NCBI RefSeq assembly: GCF_009914755.1
Contig: NC_060926.1
Origin: the human T2T-CHM13v2.0 reference genome, Homo sapiens
Length of the DNA stretch: 64,000 nucleotides
Strand: one strand, 5' to 3'
Position numbers and translations under genes: made by a program
In this document: piece after piece, positions 42,284-56,900 of the stretch
How positions within the stretch are numbered: the stretch's first letter is position 1
Layout of the letters: each line of letters opens with the position of its first letter
The notes under the pieces: model-generated
The model's input: the letters and a program-made list of their open reading frames with translations, nothing else
What the model was told of the DNA's origin: nothing
Databases searched by the model: none

Positions 42284-43785
42284 TTCACTTATTTGGTTGA
42301 CTGATTATTTTGCTTTTATTTTGTTGTTCATCATTGCTTTTTATTTCATTCTGGTCTGAGATATAGTGTGTAAGATCTTTAGACATTGGAATTTGTTGCA
42401 AGTATCTCTTGTTATGAAAAGACTGGTTTCTGAGGGTAGTGAGACTACCCTATCAGTGGTTTTCTGACTGCTGCTGTGAGGGCTCTCCAAGGAAAACAGG
42501 CTGTAAAATTTTTAGTGAATAATGATCCTGCCATGTCTCAGAAAAAATATTTCCAATCCCAGAACCAAGCAAGCAATGATTTCCTAAGAATTACTAAGTC
42601 TAAGCCTCACCTCCAGCTTCCCTACAAGACATGTAAATGGATCCAGAGTTTCATCTTCATACTATACTAAACCTAGATCTGTTGCAGACAGTTCTTTGGC
42701 ATTTAATCTCCAGCCCTCAATGCTGATCTCAGAATCCCTGAGACAAAGAAGCCTCATCTCCTACTCACCACAGGGTGCTTCCTTTCCATTTTGTCTTTTC
42801 TCTTATTAAATGCAAATATGTACTTTAATGTGTGTTTGTACATTTTGTATAGCATTACTAAGCATTTAGAGAAGAAGGGATGATTTAGGTCTGTGCTCAA
42901 ATTGCCCTTTTAATACAGCTGTCTAGTGGATTGTATCTAAAATGCATTATGCAGATTGATACACTAGGATTTTGTGACTTTTGTATGAAAATGGGTGCAT
43001 AGTTTTGTTTTTAATCACAGTTTAATAAAAATGATCTTTTTTCCACTTAGAGAAAGGACATAAACCAAAACCTATTTAATCAATCTTCAGTGTGACAATT
43101 AAAGTTGATATAAATATTCACTGTAGATACAGTCTGAATATGCTTAGTGGTGTTTGAGGTATTTACCAAATCACAATCCAAAATGTACTCAATTTTATAT
43201 ACCATTACATGAAATAATTATTCCTGATTATAGAAGACTTTATAACAATATTTTCTTTTTTTTAATCATCAGAACTGTACATATTACTATATCTATTGGG
43301 GTTAACAAAAATTATCTTTGAAATCTGATCCTTTTTGTTAGTTTCAATGAAGAGAAAAACAAATACAGATACATGTGTGTGCTGACAGTAGGAATCATAG
43401 GGATATAACATTTAAATAATGATAAAAATGTAGGTTTTCTCTTTAGGTAAAGAGATAGATAAAACCTTTATCTATTATGTAAACCAGGCAATATTTACTC
43501 CTATTTAGCTAAAGAGGAACTAGGTACAAATTGGTTCATAATTTGTGCGAGGTTACACACCCCATTTGACTCAAATTTGGTCTTACTCTATTCTTTCCAC
43601 TATGCCTACACCATTGCCAATAAGAAATGACTAATTTCTGGTCTTCAGAGTGTAATTTATCACCGTGACTGATGTGAGTGTGACATCACTCAATGGCTGT
43701 GTGTGTGTGTTTTCTTTTTTTTTTTTTTAACTCTTTAATTCAATGAATTTCTATGGCAACTCAATATATTTGCTTTTTCTGTCAG

Positions 43786-43824
43786 CTCTGGAACTCCCGT
43801 GATATCCTGCTTATCACTCTTATG
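43786..43824 (+). other. candidate exon 5 of the chain (39 nt, open)
   Basis: TTGCTTTTTCTGTCAG|...CTTATG|GTGAGT; encodes LWNSRDILLITLM. Confidence 0.35.
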
Positions 43825-43849
43825 GTGAGTTTGGTATATTGAATTAACA

Positions 43850-44690
43850 TTTTGCAAATATTCACTATATCCCTTTTGACCTACATGTGGAAAATATATT
43901 TTTCTGCTCCTCTGATATTGCTCATAGATATGTAACTACTTTTACCCAATGTAATGTTACTGGATATGACGTAAACCAGAGTCTTGAGATAGATTTGTAC
44001 AAATGTGCTTCTTTTTTTGGGCTTCTGCTATTGCCATGACAAAAACATGGCATGAGTAGAACATTTAATGAACTGAAATAGGTTATGGTTATATATATGA
44101 GAGAAACAAACCTCAAAAAATTCTAAGTACAGCTTTAATAAATGCAGTTGGTTAGTATCAAATGCACAGAAAACTTTAAAAGTTTTTGAAAAAGGTGTAT
44201 TTTCAAATGCACCACCAACTTGATCCTAAGAGTCCATGACCATTCCAATCATGAAAATATCTCTGGTCCCTCAACTTTCAACAGACAGGAAGCAGGCTGA
44301 GAACTCTACTCAGCTACCAAGAATGGAATCTTCTTCTTTGCCTCTTCAGCAGTGGTCCAGTAGAATGAGGACAAAGAAAGAATGTTCCTGAGCAGCAGAA
44401 TCAGGAGTCATAAAAAAATAAAAAGTAAAGTGGCAAATCCCTTCCAAGAAAACAGAAATGGGGCCTAACCAAATAGGCTTTTCTACCCTCAAGGTAAGGA
44501 ACCTAATAAATTTGCCCAGTGAGATTTCAGAATTTCTAGAGATTACTGTCCGCTGTAAGCCTCCCATTATTCCTTTTTGTAACAGGAATGTTTATAGAGG
44601 CTATATTCTCCATGTTTCATCGTTGTAGGCTGTATTCGTGTTGCCAAAATATACTTTTCTTTATAGTTTATGTATTTCTAGACATCTTTT
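43850..44690 (+). mobile_element. old MaLR (MLT1 LTR plus internal) fragments
   Basis: CTTCTGCTATTGCCATGA (MLT1-like) and CCTCCCATT...AGGAATGTTTAT (internal-like). Confidence 0.5.
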
Positions 44691-45700
44691 TTAAGATAAA
44701 AGGGTATTCAAAGACTTAGGGAGAAAAAAGAGTGCTGTCACTTTCATGAATGAATTTGCACAGTTGGTCAACAAATGGTCCTTCATCTCCAGACAACTCT
44801 CGTGGTCATGAATGTATCCTTGGCCTTTCTGAACTAAGTAATCATCTGTGGCAAAGTCGGAAAATTCTAAAAGATCTTAGTATTATCACTACTTTTGTAT
44901 ATTCTCTCTTCTTATAATTCCTTTTGGGTTGGTTTTAGTAGTCACCTTTTCCAATATCAGTAGGTAAATTTCTTATAGACAATATATTTGTATTATTAGG
45001 TTTTAGATGCTGTCATTATAGAAATGCATAACACTTATATCATTAGTTTTCACCTTCAAATGCAAATATATAATTTGTTCTTGCTGAATTCATAGGAATG
45101 TGGCTCTAACTTGCTTTGATCTTATTACAATTTCTGTATATTTGGAGAATATGAGTGTTTATTACATATTTTAAAATATTCACTTACCATTTTGTAGTAT
45201 AACCACTATATTATTTAGACTAGTTTTAAAAAGATGTGACCAATATGTAAAGCAATGTGTTAGGAAGAAGTATTTTGACCTGTGAATACCCTCCACTACA
45301 ATAACACTCAAACTGCAGCATGAAGATTTTACAAATAAGCAAACTGATTGAAACTAGAACATAATTAGATCAACATCAGGTGACTAAGAGTCAGATTTGA
45401 CATCAGAACTCAAATCTTTCAATACCATATGTTTTAGAAACATAGATATATAAGACAATAGACACAGGAAAAATTTCACAGTGAATGATAAAGCACTCTT
45501 TTTATTACCTTATAAACTAGGAAACATCTTCCAGACCAGTGATGGCTTGTACTTATTTGAATTTTTATATTACAAGAAAATATCCATTTGATTTTCTTTG
45601 CATAGCCTAAATTTACCCACTGAAATATAGCAACAAATGTTTCATTAGGTACTGAATGCCATAACCTCCAAGCTCCTACCATAGAAGTCAGTGAGCTATT

Positions 45701-45996
45701 GGCAGGGCGCAGTGGCTCATGCCTGTAATCCCAGCACTTTGGGAGGCTGAGGCTGGCAGATCACTTGAGGTCTGGAATTCGAGACCAGCCTGGCCAACAT
45801 GGTGAAAACCCGTCTCTATGAAAAATATAAAAATTAGCTGGATGTGGGGGTGCATACCTGCAATTCCAGCTACTAGGGAGGATAAAGTAGGAGAATTGCT
45901 TGAATCCAGGAGATGGAGGCTGCAGGAGCCAAGATAGTGCCACTGCACTCCAGCCTGGGTGACAGAGCTAGACTCTGTCTAAAACAAAAAAAAAAA
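45701..45996 (+). mobile_element. AluS
   Basis: Full dimer; diverged TSD AAGTCAGTGAGCTAT/AAGGCAGTGAAATAT. Confidence 0.93.
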
Positions 45997-46878
45997 GGCA
46001 GTGAAATATAGTTGGATAGACAGAGAGATAGATATGAAAACTGAGTGAATTTTTCACAAGTCTAATTTTCAAACTTTTTAGACTTAGCTTTATAAAATTA
46101 GAACTAAGATATTAAAAAGCAAGTCACAAGTCACCAATAAGCTATGTCAATTTTGTTTGGCCTTCTGTGCCACAATGACTTTATCATCACTTCATTAGCT
46201 TATGCATGCTTTGTCAACAGTATTTCTCACAACAGTAGTGATTATAAACAAAACAGAATTACTACTCAGAAACTAGAGAGGTGGTAGGGAGATGGAGGAT
46301 TTGAAAAACGCACCATGGAATGATTAAGAAGACCACATATTGTTTTCCACATACATGCCCAAAGAGAATGTGACAAAGAAGGTCAGAAATCATTAATACA
46401 GTAGTTAAAAGCAGCTGTGTCACTACCTACTCCAAATACCACTTATTCAGGAGGTCATTTGTAGAGATTGTATATATACAGATATACATATTTGTATACA
46501 CATATCTATATATGCATACGTATATGCATATACACACACATATATATAAGAATAAGTGAAGAAAAGACCAAAGTTAAAGAAGACACACTACAAAACAACT
46601 GAAATAAAAGACAAAATAATTTTTAGGAGAAAATAAAAACCACCCAATATTTTGGATAGGAAGAAAGCTGCCATGTCACAAAACTGTAAGTTGCTCAAAA
46701 ATTACCATGAAATAATTTCCTAAATAGGTTGAATTTTAACTTCATATAGAAAAATAAATCTAGAGATCAACAAAGGCAAACTAAAAAGAAAAAAAAATCA
46801 GCAAATTAGTAATTTCCTCACCCTAATAGAGAAAATCCACAATCAATATACTGCTTTTACATTGATATAGGAGTAGGA

Positions 46879-47024
46879 CAGACTTCTCAACTTCAGCATT
46901 ATTAACATTTTGGGCTAGATAACTATTGGGGAGAGTCTGCCCTGAGCATTGTAAGATATTTAGCTGTAACTCCCCGCTGCTAACTAGACAACACAGGAAC
47001 CCGCCTGTTTGAAATTATATATAT

Positions 47025-47078
<54 letters not shown>

Positions 47079-47211
47079 CATATATACACACACATATATA
47101 TATATGTAAGTACATATATATATACATACACGTGTATGTGTGTATATATATATATTCCAACATTCCCAAATATTTACTGGGGGGAATAATCACTCCCTGT
47201 TGAAAGCTACT
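46879..47211 (-). mobile_element. MER20 (hAT-Charlie DNA transposon) with an internal (TA)/(CA) microsatellite
   Basis: TTCTCAAC...ACATTTTGGGCTAGATAA...GCATTGTAAGATATTTAGC...CTGTTGAAAGCTACT; microsatellite at ~47015-47155. Confidence 0.8.
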
Positions 47212-47717
47212 TATCTGGACCATTTATTTAACATGCAAACAGGTAAAAGTTCACTCATCAAAATTTACCAAAGATTTCTCAACACACTTAAAATCCAGTG
47301 TGGTCACCATATCCATCGTAACCCTAACACTTCTCCATAATCACTGTTTGTCACCTGTCATAGTCTTTGCTCTTCCTGGGAAAGGCCACCACATCCCCAC
47401 TTGAAATCTTTATACTTCACGTTTTTCTTTTTTTTTTTTTTTTCTGGAATGTTGTTTCTTAAGAAATTACTAAGATTTGCACTTTCACTTTAAATCTCAG
47501 CTCTTCACAGTATTATTTTCTCTCAGCAGAGTACTGACTTATAAGTACAGGGACTCCATCTTGTTAGTGGCTGTAAGATTATAATCTGTAACAGTGATTT
47601 GCTTTCCACATGGGATGCATTCAATGAATACATTTTTAAAAGAATAAATAAATATATTCCTACAAATTAAAAAGGTGCATTTTTAAAAAGGGCAAGTAAT
47701 ATGTACAATAAACATGA

Positions 47718-48049
<332 letters not shown>

Positions 48050-48384
48050 GATAATATATTTTTAAAGAAACAGGTGTCATATGAAATAAGCTTAGCGAAA
48101 AAATTCAAAATAACTTGTATGGGCAAGGATGAGTTTAAAGAAAAGCTCCTCCCTATATGCAGCTTAGGGGTGTTCTATGTTATAAATGCGTTTGAAAGGT
48201 AATGATGGAAAAACTATTATTGAAAATGCAAATAATCTATGACTTAACAATTTAACCAATATTTAACTAATTTAATCAGTAAATTTTTTAGAGAAAATCT
48301 TGTATATTTGCACATAGAGATGTACTTAATGAGTAGTATTGCTTAATATTTAGTAACAAAGAAAAAAATAGGAAAATCTAACAA

Positions 48385-48540
48385 TTTATTTTTTTTAACA
48401 GGGTCCTAATCTGTTGCCCAGGCTGGAGTGCAACGGCACAATCATGGCTCACCACAGCCTCAAACTCCTGTGCTCAAGCAATCTTCTTGCCTCCAACTCC
48501 CAAGTAGCTAGGACTACAAGCATAAGCTACCACGCCTGTA
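48385..48540 (-). mobile_element. AluJ/FRAM monomer fragment within an L1ME-like 3' end
   Basis: CAGGGTC...GCCCAGGCTGGAGTGCA...GGACTACAAGC. Confidence 0.8.
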
Positions 48541-49595
48541 ACAAAATTTGATCAACAAAGGAATGCATAAAAATGTATATTTATATGTTATACATTATAG
48601 AAATAAAATTAATAAATTTTACATAGATACTATTAACCTTAAAATAGTATAAAAGTCTTAAAATAAATTAAAAATAATTCATTTATCATTCTATATGTCT
48701 TATTTAGTATTTCATAAGCTAAAATACTAAACAATACTATATAAAACACACATATGTAGTAGAACATAATACAGAATGAAGAATATTCATCAAATTCATA
48801 ATGGTTTCATCTGAGAAAAATGAGGAGTTATACCTGTGGATGGGAGCATACAAGATTTAGTTCCAATTTTGATTTTTCTCTGTCGCTTTCTGAAGAAGAA
48901 AAAAATTCTGAAGCAAATTATCACAGTATTTATATCTGTTTACTCTAAATCAGGTTACATGTAGGTTGCAACATTTTATAACTTTTTTGCTTATATTTTG
49001 AAAGGAAATAAAACGTTAAAGTTTTAGTTCAATATTTATGAAATGATTATTTGCCAAGCAATGTATTAAATGCTGAATCATGGAAGGTGGCACCATCACT
49101 TTGCATAGAGAAGAAATTTGAACTAGATTTGAATGAGAATTTATCATTTAAAAACTAAGGTAATGAGAACCAAAACATCATTACTAAGAATGAAAAAAGT
49201 ATGAGCATGTGCATAATTTTGGAGGTACTATAGGATGAATGTTAGCTTACTATAGACAAAAAGTAATGTTATACTAAAATTTGTTCCAAGAGCTGTGATA
49301 AATTTGCAGATGGCTTCAAATGGAGAGTCCTCAGAATCCATGCTTGGTTCACCATCATCCTGAATACATTTTTAAAATATTTTAACATATAGTAAATAAC
49401 TCTTCCAAGTTCAGAATGTTAAATTATATTTCTGGATTCACTGTACTATATTAGACTGTGGATATTAATTTAATAATTGATGTCATGCTTTTCTGATTCC
49501 ACTGCTTATCTCACATTTGAACTAAGTCTCTAAGGCGAAGACAGAGCCAAATTGACATATTTCTTACAAAAACAGAAAGAAAAAAAATTAGATGA

Positions 49596-49738
49596 GGCTG
49601 GGTGCGGTGGCTCACGCCTGTAATCCCAGCACTCTGGGAGGCCGAGGCAGGTGGATCACCTGAGGTCAGGAGTTCGAGACCAGCCTGGACAACATGGCAA
49701 AACCCCATCTCCACTAAAAAAAAATAAAATAAAATAAA

Positions 49739-49769
<31 letters not shown>

Positions 49770-49785
49770 TACGTACACACACACA

Positions 49786-49819
<34 letters not shown>

Positions 49820-50003
49820 TTAGCTGGGTGTGGTGGTGCATGCCTGCAGTCCCAACTACTCAGGAGGCTGAGGTGGGAAGATTGCCTGAACCTGTGAGGT
49901 GGAGGTTACAGTGAGCTGAGATTGCACCACTGCTCTCCAGCCTGGGTGACGAAGTGAGACTCAATGTAAAAACAAAACAAAACAAACAAACAACCAAAGC
50001 AAA
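49596..50003 (+). mobile_element. AluS with a (TAAAA)(TA)(CA) expansion in the middle linker
   Basis: Both arms intact; microsatellite at ~49725-49816; flanks AAATTAGATG/AAACTAGATG. Confidence 0.93.
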
Positions 50004-50408
50004 ACTAGATGTATCCAGTGTTCTTGTATTTCAGAGAATTTTAGAGAGATGTCAAAAATAACAAATTTATTAAGGAAAGACAATAATGTTAGAAAGAAAA
50101 GCATTTTAAAATGTTTGCAAACACAACATTTAAAGCAACTGATTTATTAATTGAATTTGATGGAGAAAGTGTCTTCAAACTATTATCTAAATCCATTTGA
50201 AAATGATTTGTGATATCAACTTGCAAAAGATGATTTATTCTTCAAAATATTTATACTGTAGTGCAATTATAAAATGTAGTACAAATAACACATCAAATAA
50301 ACATTCATTCTGAATTTTGTTGAGTGTGAGATCCAATTGTTGTTTTGTCTTGCCTGTGGCATCCTTATTCTTATCTCTTTGCTTAATTAATACTTCTGTT
50401 TCCTCCAG

Positions 50409-50509
50409 AAAGTGTGTATGAACTAAGGCAACTAACTTTAGCTGTGGCCTCTAAAATAAATATTATGGCACTTACAACTATTTAGGTGATTAGTTGGATC
50501 TTCTAGAAT
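50409..50509 (+). other. candidate exon (101 nt)
   Basis: TTCTGTTTCCTCCAG|...AGAAT|GTAAGT; two TAG stops in the best frame. Confidence 0.25.
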
Positions 50510-53247
50510 GTAAGTTTGGGGATTCATTTTACTTATTATCCCTCATTAGTATGGTAAATTGTCAGCATATATTACTTGAATAAATAAACGAACCTTGAAA
50601 TCTCACTAATGAAACAGGAAGTACATTATTTTTAGCATGTGCAGTAGATATACTTACATAGATGAGGCATACAGTGTGTGAAAACTGGCTAAACATTGTA
50701 ATACTGATGCCTAGAGCTTCATTGACCAGAATGCTAACTACCAAGGAAGAGAAGTTGGCAGTCTTGGGAAACTATTGCTGCCAGGAAAGAGTGAGGTAAC
50801 TTAACAGAAGGCGTCAGTTGGAAGCAGGATATGCAAGAAAAAACAAAGAAAATAGACAATTAAGAAAATAAAAAGATAAAAAATAATAAGGCACATCAAC
50901 ATCTCCCATCACAAAGAAAGTTGCCATCCAGTGGATGAACTCTGTTTCACTTTACTAACAGACAAGAACACCTTCTATGTGAGAAACATACTAACACAAT
51001 GAAGTTCCTCACCCTAGTTGGCATAGAGACATTTTCTACTGCCAGTCCTAGAAAATATGAGACATTTTAAAATGAGCAAAAATAGAAAGTAGCATTCTTA
51101 CTATGCTGCTATAAAAATAAAACACAAGATGAGAAGTAAAACATTTCAGCTGAAGAAAATATTACCCCAAGACACAACAAAGCAGAACAAAACAAACAAT
51201 GGCAAAAACTTGTAACAGTAATTACGAAAAACTAAGTAACTTAAAACGAGCAACTGCAGAAAACAAGAGCATTCTGAAGCAGATATTTTTAAAATAAATG
51301 AATTAATAAATCAAAGAGGGAAGAAATAAGAAAAAAAGATATGAAATGACAATTGTGTACACTGAGACAGAAAAGGCAAAAATAAACTCAGTAATCAATC
51401 AGAAATTACAAAATAAACCAGTTAGTGTAGATTTCATAAAAATAAAAATCTACTAACGGACATTGAGAAGTATTATGAAAAGAGTCAAGAAACACAAATA
51501 AAATCATAAACTAGATAAAATGCATCAGATGGTAAATGATAAATATAGAAAAAAGGGAAAAGTAACATGAAATTTCTTTTAGAAGAAAAACAAAACAATG
51601 AAAATTAATATTTTAAATTATATTTCAGGAAAACTACCCATTAATAAAAAGAAAACCTGAATCTCCATAATAAATGGACCTATTACTAAAAAAAGTTAAC
51701 AAGGAACACTCAACCCCAAAATATAGTCTAGTAAAATAAGTGGACTCTAAAAATAAAAGAGTAAACGTTATTGGAGGCTTCAAGCATAAAAGACTAAGAC
51801 ATTTACAAAAAGAAGAAAATGAAGTTAACATCAAATTTCTAGACAGCAGCATATGAGCAAGAAGAAATAGAGTAAAATAGAAAACAAAGTGCAAGAATTT
51901 TCAAACTAGCCAAGCTACTAATAAGATATCAAGACAATAGACATGTACAACCAACGCGATACCTGAACTCATAAGCCTTTTCTGAGAAATCTATTAAAGA
52001 ATAAAATTTATCCAACAAGAGATAACACAAAAGCTTTGGCAAATTAAATGATAGTAAGCAAACAAATACATTTAATTGCAAATATAAAATTTAAAAAAAT
52101 AACAAGAGTGAAAGAAGAGTAAAAAAATGAAAAAATTTTATATAGTAGAAACAAGATTCCACTATAGTAGAAATAAGATGAGAGGAGATGAAGAGAAATA
52201 AATGAGATGAGTAGAAATAAATAAGATAAATAAATAAAAGAGGAGTAGAAACAAACGAGAGGAGAATTGAGCAAGAAAGAAGAAAATAGAATAAGTTCAT
52301 TGTTATTGCATAAACAGATTAAAACCAAATGATAAAAATTAATCGGATAAGCTAAACACGAAAAACATAGATACAAAAAGAAAAAAAAAGGGGCACTAAG
52401 GGCATTTTGAACAGTATTTTTAAAATAAAATTAACCATAGATATGTAAATCAGTGCACACACACACACACACACATACACAGTTCAAAACATTAAAAAGT
52501 TTTTTGCTTTTTGTTTTTCTTTTTAAGGGAGAGAGCAAAAAAGAAAGACATCAACCACTCAAGAAAGAGATTGAGCACAAGAGTGAAAGTAACAGTGAGA
52601 GCAAGGATGAAAGTAAAGAAAAAGGCAGAGATGGAGACTGAAAGACAGAAGAAAGGACAGAGAAAGACCACAGAAACACAGTAAATAAAATACACACAGG
52701 ATCAGACAAAGAAAATACAGAATCAGGGGAAGAACTCACTACTAAAGGAACAAAATCCAGCTCAAGTAATTGAGCCTAAAGAAATAATTAATTGTTTGAT
52801 GAAGAATTCAAAATAATCACCTTAAACTCAGCTACAAGAGCACACAGATTAACAAATAAATAGAATCAGTAAAATGATACATGAACAAAATGAAAATATC
52901 AACAAAGAGATAGAAATAATAAAAGAATCAGAAATTTTTGAGTCAAATACCACAATTACTAAACTGACTACATCAAAAAAGAACTTCAAAAGACTCAATC
53001 AAGCAGAAGAAAGAATCAGCAAACTTGCAGATGGGTCATTTAAAATTATCCAATCACAGAAAAAGAAAAAAAAATAGTGTGAAGAAATTCTATGGAACTT
53101 ATGGGACACAAACAAGTGAACCCATGTATGTATGATAGGAATTCCAGAAGGAGAAAAGAGACAGAAAGAATTAGAAAACTTATTTTTTTTTAAATCATGG
53201 TAAAAATCTTCTCAAATCTGGAGAAAGAAATTGACCTCTACATTCAC

Positions 53248-53727
53248 TGTTTTGGTTAATATTGAGTGTCATCTTCACTGGATTGAAGGATGCAAAGTAT
53301 TTTTTCTGGGTATGTCTGTGAGGGTGTTGCCAAAGGAGATTAATATTTGAGTCAGTGGACTGGGAGAAGCAGACCCATTTCTCCTGAGTGGGCACGATCT
53401 AATCAGTTGCCAGAACGGCTAGAATAAAGCACACAGGAGAAGATGGAAGAGAAGACTCGCTGAGTCTTCTGGCCTTCATCTTTCTCCAGTGCTGGATGGC
53501 TCCTGCCCTCAAACATCAAACTCCCAAGTTCTTCAGCTTTTGGACTCTTGGACTTACACCGGTGGTTGCCAGGGGATCTCAGGCCCTGGCCACAGATTGA
53601 AGGCTGCACTCTCGGCTTCCCTACTTTTGAGGTTTTGGGATTCCTACTGATCCACCTCTGGCTTCCTTGCTCCTCAACTTGCAGACGGCCTATCGTGGGA
53701 CCTTTCCTTGTGATTGCATGAGTCATA
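53248..53727 (+). mobile_element. MLT2A (HERVL) LTR, 3'-truncated
   Basis: GGTTAATATTGAGTGTCA...GGATTGAAGGATGCAAAGTATT...GCAGACGGCCTATCGTGGGACC; stops before the terminal segment. Confidence 0.9.
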
Positions 53728-53913
53728 TACATATTTGTACCACTATAACCATATAATCTGGCAATCCCATATCTGGCCATATGTCCAAAAATTTGTAATC
53801 AGGATCCTGAAGAGGTATATATAAATTTAAAATAGCCAAGATATGGAAATAACCTAAGTGTCCATCAACAGATGAATGATTAAAGAAATGGTGGTATATA
53901 CATACAGTGGAAT

Positions 53914-56900
53914 TTTTTTTTAACTTTTGTTTTAGAATCAGAGGGTGCATGTCCAGGTTTATTACAAAGGTATACTGTATGATGCTGAGGTTTGAAGTAT
54001 GAATAAATCTGGTAACCAGGTAGTGAGCATAGTACCCAATAGGCAGTTTTTCAGCCCTTGCCCCACTCCATGTCTCACCCATCTAGTAGTCCCTAATGTC
54101 CACTGTCTCCATCTTTATGTTCCTGTGTACCCAGTGTTTGACTTCTACTTATAAGTGAAAATATGCAGTATTTGGTTTTCTATTTTTGCATTAGTTCACT
54201 TAGGATAGCAGCTTCCAGCTGCATCCATGATGCTGCACATGATTTCATTTTTTACAGCTGCACAGTATTCCATGGTATATATAAATCATATTTCTTTACC
54301 CAGTCCACTGTTTTGGGCACATGGGTAGATTTTAAGTCTTTACTATTGTGAACAGTGCTGCAATGAACATATGGGTGCATGTGTCTTTTTGATAGAAAAA
54401 TTTATTTTTCTGTGGGTATATACCCAGTAATGAGATTGCTGACTCAAATGGTAGTTAAATTCTTTGAGAAATTTTCAAGCTCCTCTGTGCAGTGGTTGGA
54501 CTAATTTACATTCCAGAAAACAATGTATAAGTGTTTCCTTTTCTCTCCAGCCTCACCAACACCTGTTATTTTTTGACCTTTTAGCAATAGCCATTCTGAC
54601 TGATGTGAGATGGCGTCTCATTGTGGTTTTGATTTATATTTCTCTGATGATTAGTGGGGATGAGCATTTTTTTCATATATTTGTTGGCTGCTTGTATGCA
54701 TTCTTTTGACAAATATCTGTTCATGTCCTTTGCCCACTTTTTAATACTGTTATTTTTTGCTTGTTTATGTGTTTAAGCTACTTAAAGATTCTGGATATTA
54801 GACCTTTGTTGGATGTCTAATTTCTGAATACTTTCTCGCATTCTTTAGGTTGTCTAATTACTCCCTTGATAGTTTATCTTGCTGTGCTGAAGCTCTTTAA
54901 TGAGGTGTCACTTGTCTATTTTAGTTTCTGTTACAATTGCTTTTGATAACAGCCATAAATTCTTTATTGAGGCTGATATTAAGAAGGGTATTTCCTAGGT
55001 TTTCTTCTAGGATTTTTATAGTGTAAGGTCTTACATTTAAGTCTTTAATTCATCTTAATTTTTGTATGTGGTGACAGGTAGGGATCCAGTTTTATTCTTC
55101 AGCATATGGCTAGTCAGTTATCCCAGAATCATTTATTAAATAGGTAGTCTTTTCTCCATTGCTTTTTTTTGTAGACTTTGTTGAAGATCACCTGGTTGTA
55201 GGTGCGCTAGTTTATTTCTGGACTCTCTATTCTGTTCCATTGGTCTGTGTATCTATTTATGTACCAGTTCCATGCTGTTTTGTTTACTGTAACCTTGTAC
55301 TATAGTTTGAAGTTGGGCAATGTGTTGCCTTTGGCTTTGTTCTTTTTGCTTAGAATTTCTTGGGCTATTTGGGATCCTTTTTTTTTCCATATGAATTTGA
55401 GAATAGATTTTTCTAATTCTGTAAAAAATGATATTGGTAGTTTGATATGAATAGCACTGAATCTGTAAATTGCTTTAAGCAGTACAACCATTTTAATTAC
55501 ATTGATTCTTCCAATCCAAGAGCATGGAGTAATTTTCCTTTTATTTGTGTCATTTTCTATTTGTATCAGCAGTGTCTTGTTGTTCTCTTTGTAGAGATCT
55601 TTCACCTCCTTGGTTAGATTTATTCCTATTTTATTCTTTTTATGATCATTATAAATGGGATTGTATTTTTGATTTGGCTCTCAACTTGAACGCTATTAGT
55701 TTGTAGAAATGCTACTGATTTTTGTACATTGATTTTATATCCAGAATTTTTACTAGTTTATTCATCCCAAGAGCATTTGGCAGTCTTTAGGATTTTCTAG
55801 GTATAAAATATCATCGGCAAATATAGTTTGACCCCTTCTTTCCCTATGTGAATGCCTTTTATTTCTTTCGCTTGACTGATTGCTTTGGCTATGACTTCCA
55901 GGACTGGCCATGTTGAACAGGAGTGGTGCAAGTGGGAATCCTTGTCTTGTTCCAGTTCTCAAGGTGAATGTTTCTAGCTTTTATCCATTTAGTATGACGT
56001 TGACTGTGGGTTTGACATAGATAGCTCTTGTTATTTTCAGGTATGTTTCTATGATGCCTAGTCTGTTGAGGGTTTTTATCATGAAGGGATGTTGGATTTT
56101 TATCAAAGGTTTTTTATACATCTATTGAGATGATCATATGATTTTGAATCTTTTAATTCTGTTAATGTGGTGAGTCACATTAATTGATTTGCATATGTTG
56201 AACCAACCTTGTATCTCAGGAATAAAGCCTACTTGATTTTAGCAAATAAACTTTTTGATGTGCTACTGGATTCAGCTTGCTAGTATTTTGTTGAAGATTA
56301 TTGTGTCAATGTTCTTCAGGGATATTGGCTGAAGTTCCTTTTTTTGTTGTGTCTCTGTCAGATTTTGGTATTAAGATAATGCTGGATTCATAGAATTAGT
56401 TACGGAGGAGACCCCCTGAAGTTGCTGGGATAGTTTCAGTAGAATTGATACCAGTTCTTCTTTACACGTCTGGTACAATTAGGCTGAGACTCCATCTGGT
56501 CTAGGGCTTTTTTTGGTTGGTAATTTTTTATTACTGATGTAAATTCAGAACCCATTATTGTTCTGTTCAAATTTTCAGTTTCTTCCTGGTTTAATTTTGG
56601 AAGTTTGTGTGTTTCCAGGAATGTATTCATTTTCTCTAGATTATCTAATTTCTATGCATAGAGGTATTCATAATAGTGCCCAAGGATCTTTTGTATTTCT
56701 GAAGGATGAGTTATAACATCATCTTTGTCATATCTGCTTGTGCTTATTTGGCCCTTCTCTTTTACTTTCCCTTTTTAAACTGGCTAGTGGTCTATCAATC
56801 TTGTTTATTTTTTCAAATAACTTCAGTTTTGTTGATGTTTTGCACAGATTTTTGGAACTCAGTTTCTTCTTTTCTGATTTTGGTTATTTCTTTTCTTCTG

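Noticed and set aside
42049-42288. Alu-derived ORFs (here and at 10199, 18512, 45688, 47660, 49511, 61445)
   Set aside because: Standard Alu translation artefacts
30519-43158. Protein-kinase identity for the exon chain (LVMPFL, CPYI..LWLFLEL, and a DIKPENL-like stretch near 43057)
   Set aside because: No intact HRD, DFG or VAIK motif; the resemblances repeat out of order; the 43051-43158 segment has 3 stops in frame; too permissive without an HMM search
44682-44837. Extra exon linking 43824 to 50409
   Set aside because: The acceptor lies in MaLR-internal sequence, the donor is weak and there are two stops
45188-45279. Minus-strand exon with an ATG|GTAAGT donor
   Set aside because: No convincing polypyrimidine tract at the acceptor
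53270-53290. DUX4 site in MLT2A
   Set aside because: It reads CTTCACTGGATTGA instead of a TGATTGGATT-type site, so it appears mutated
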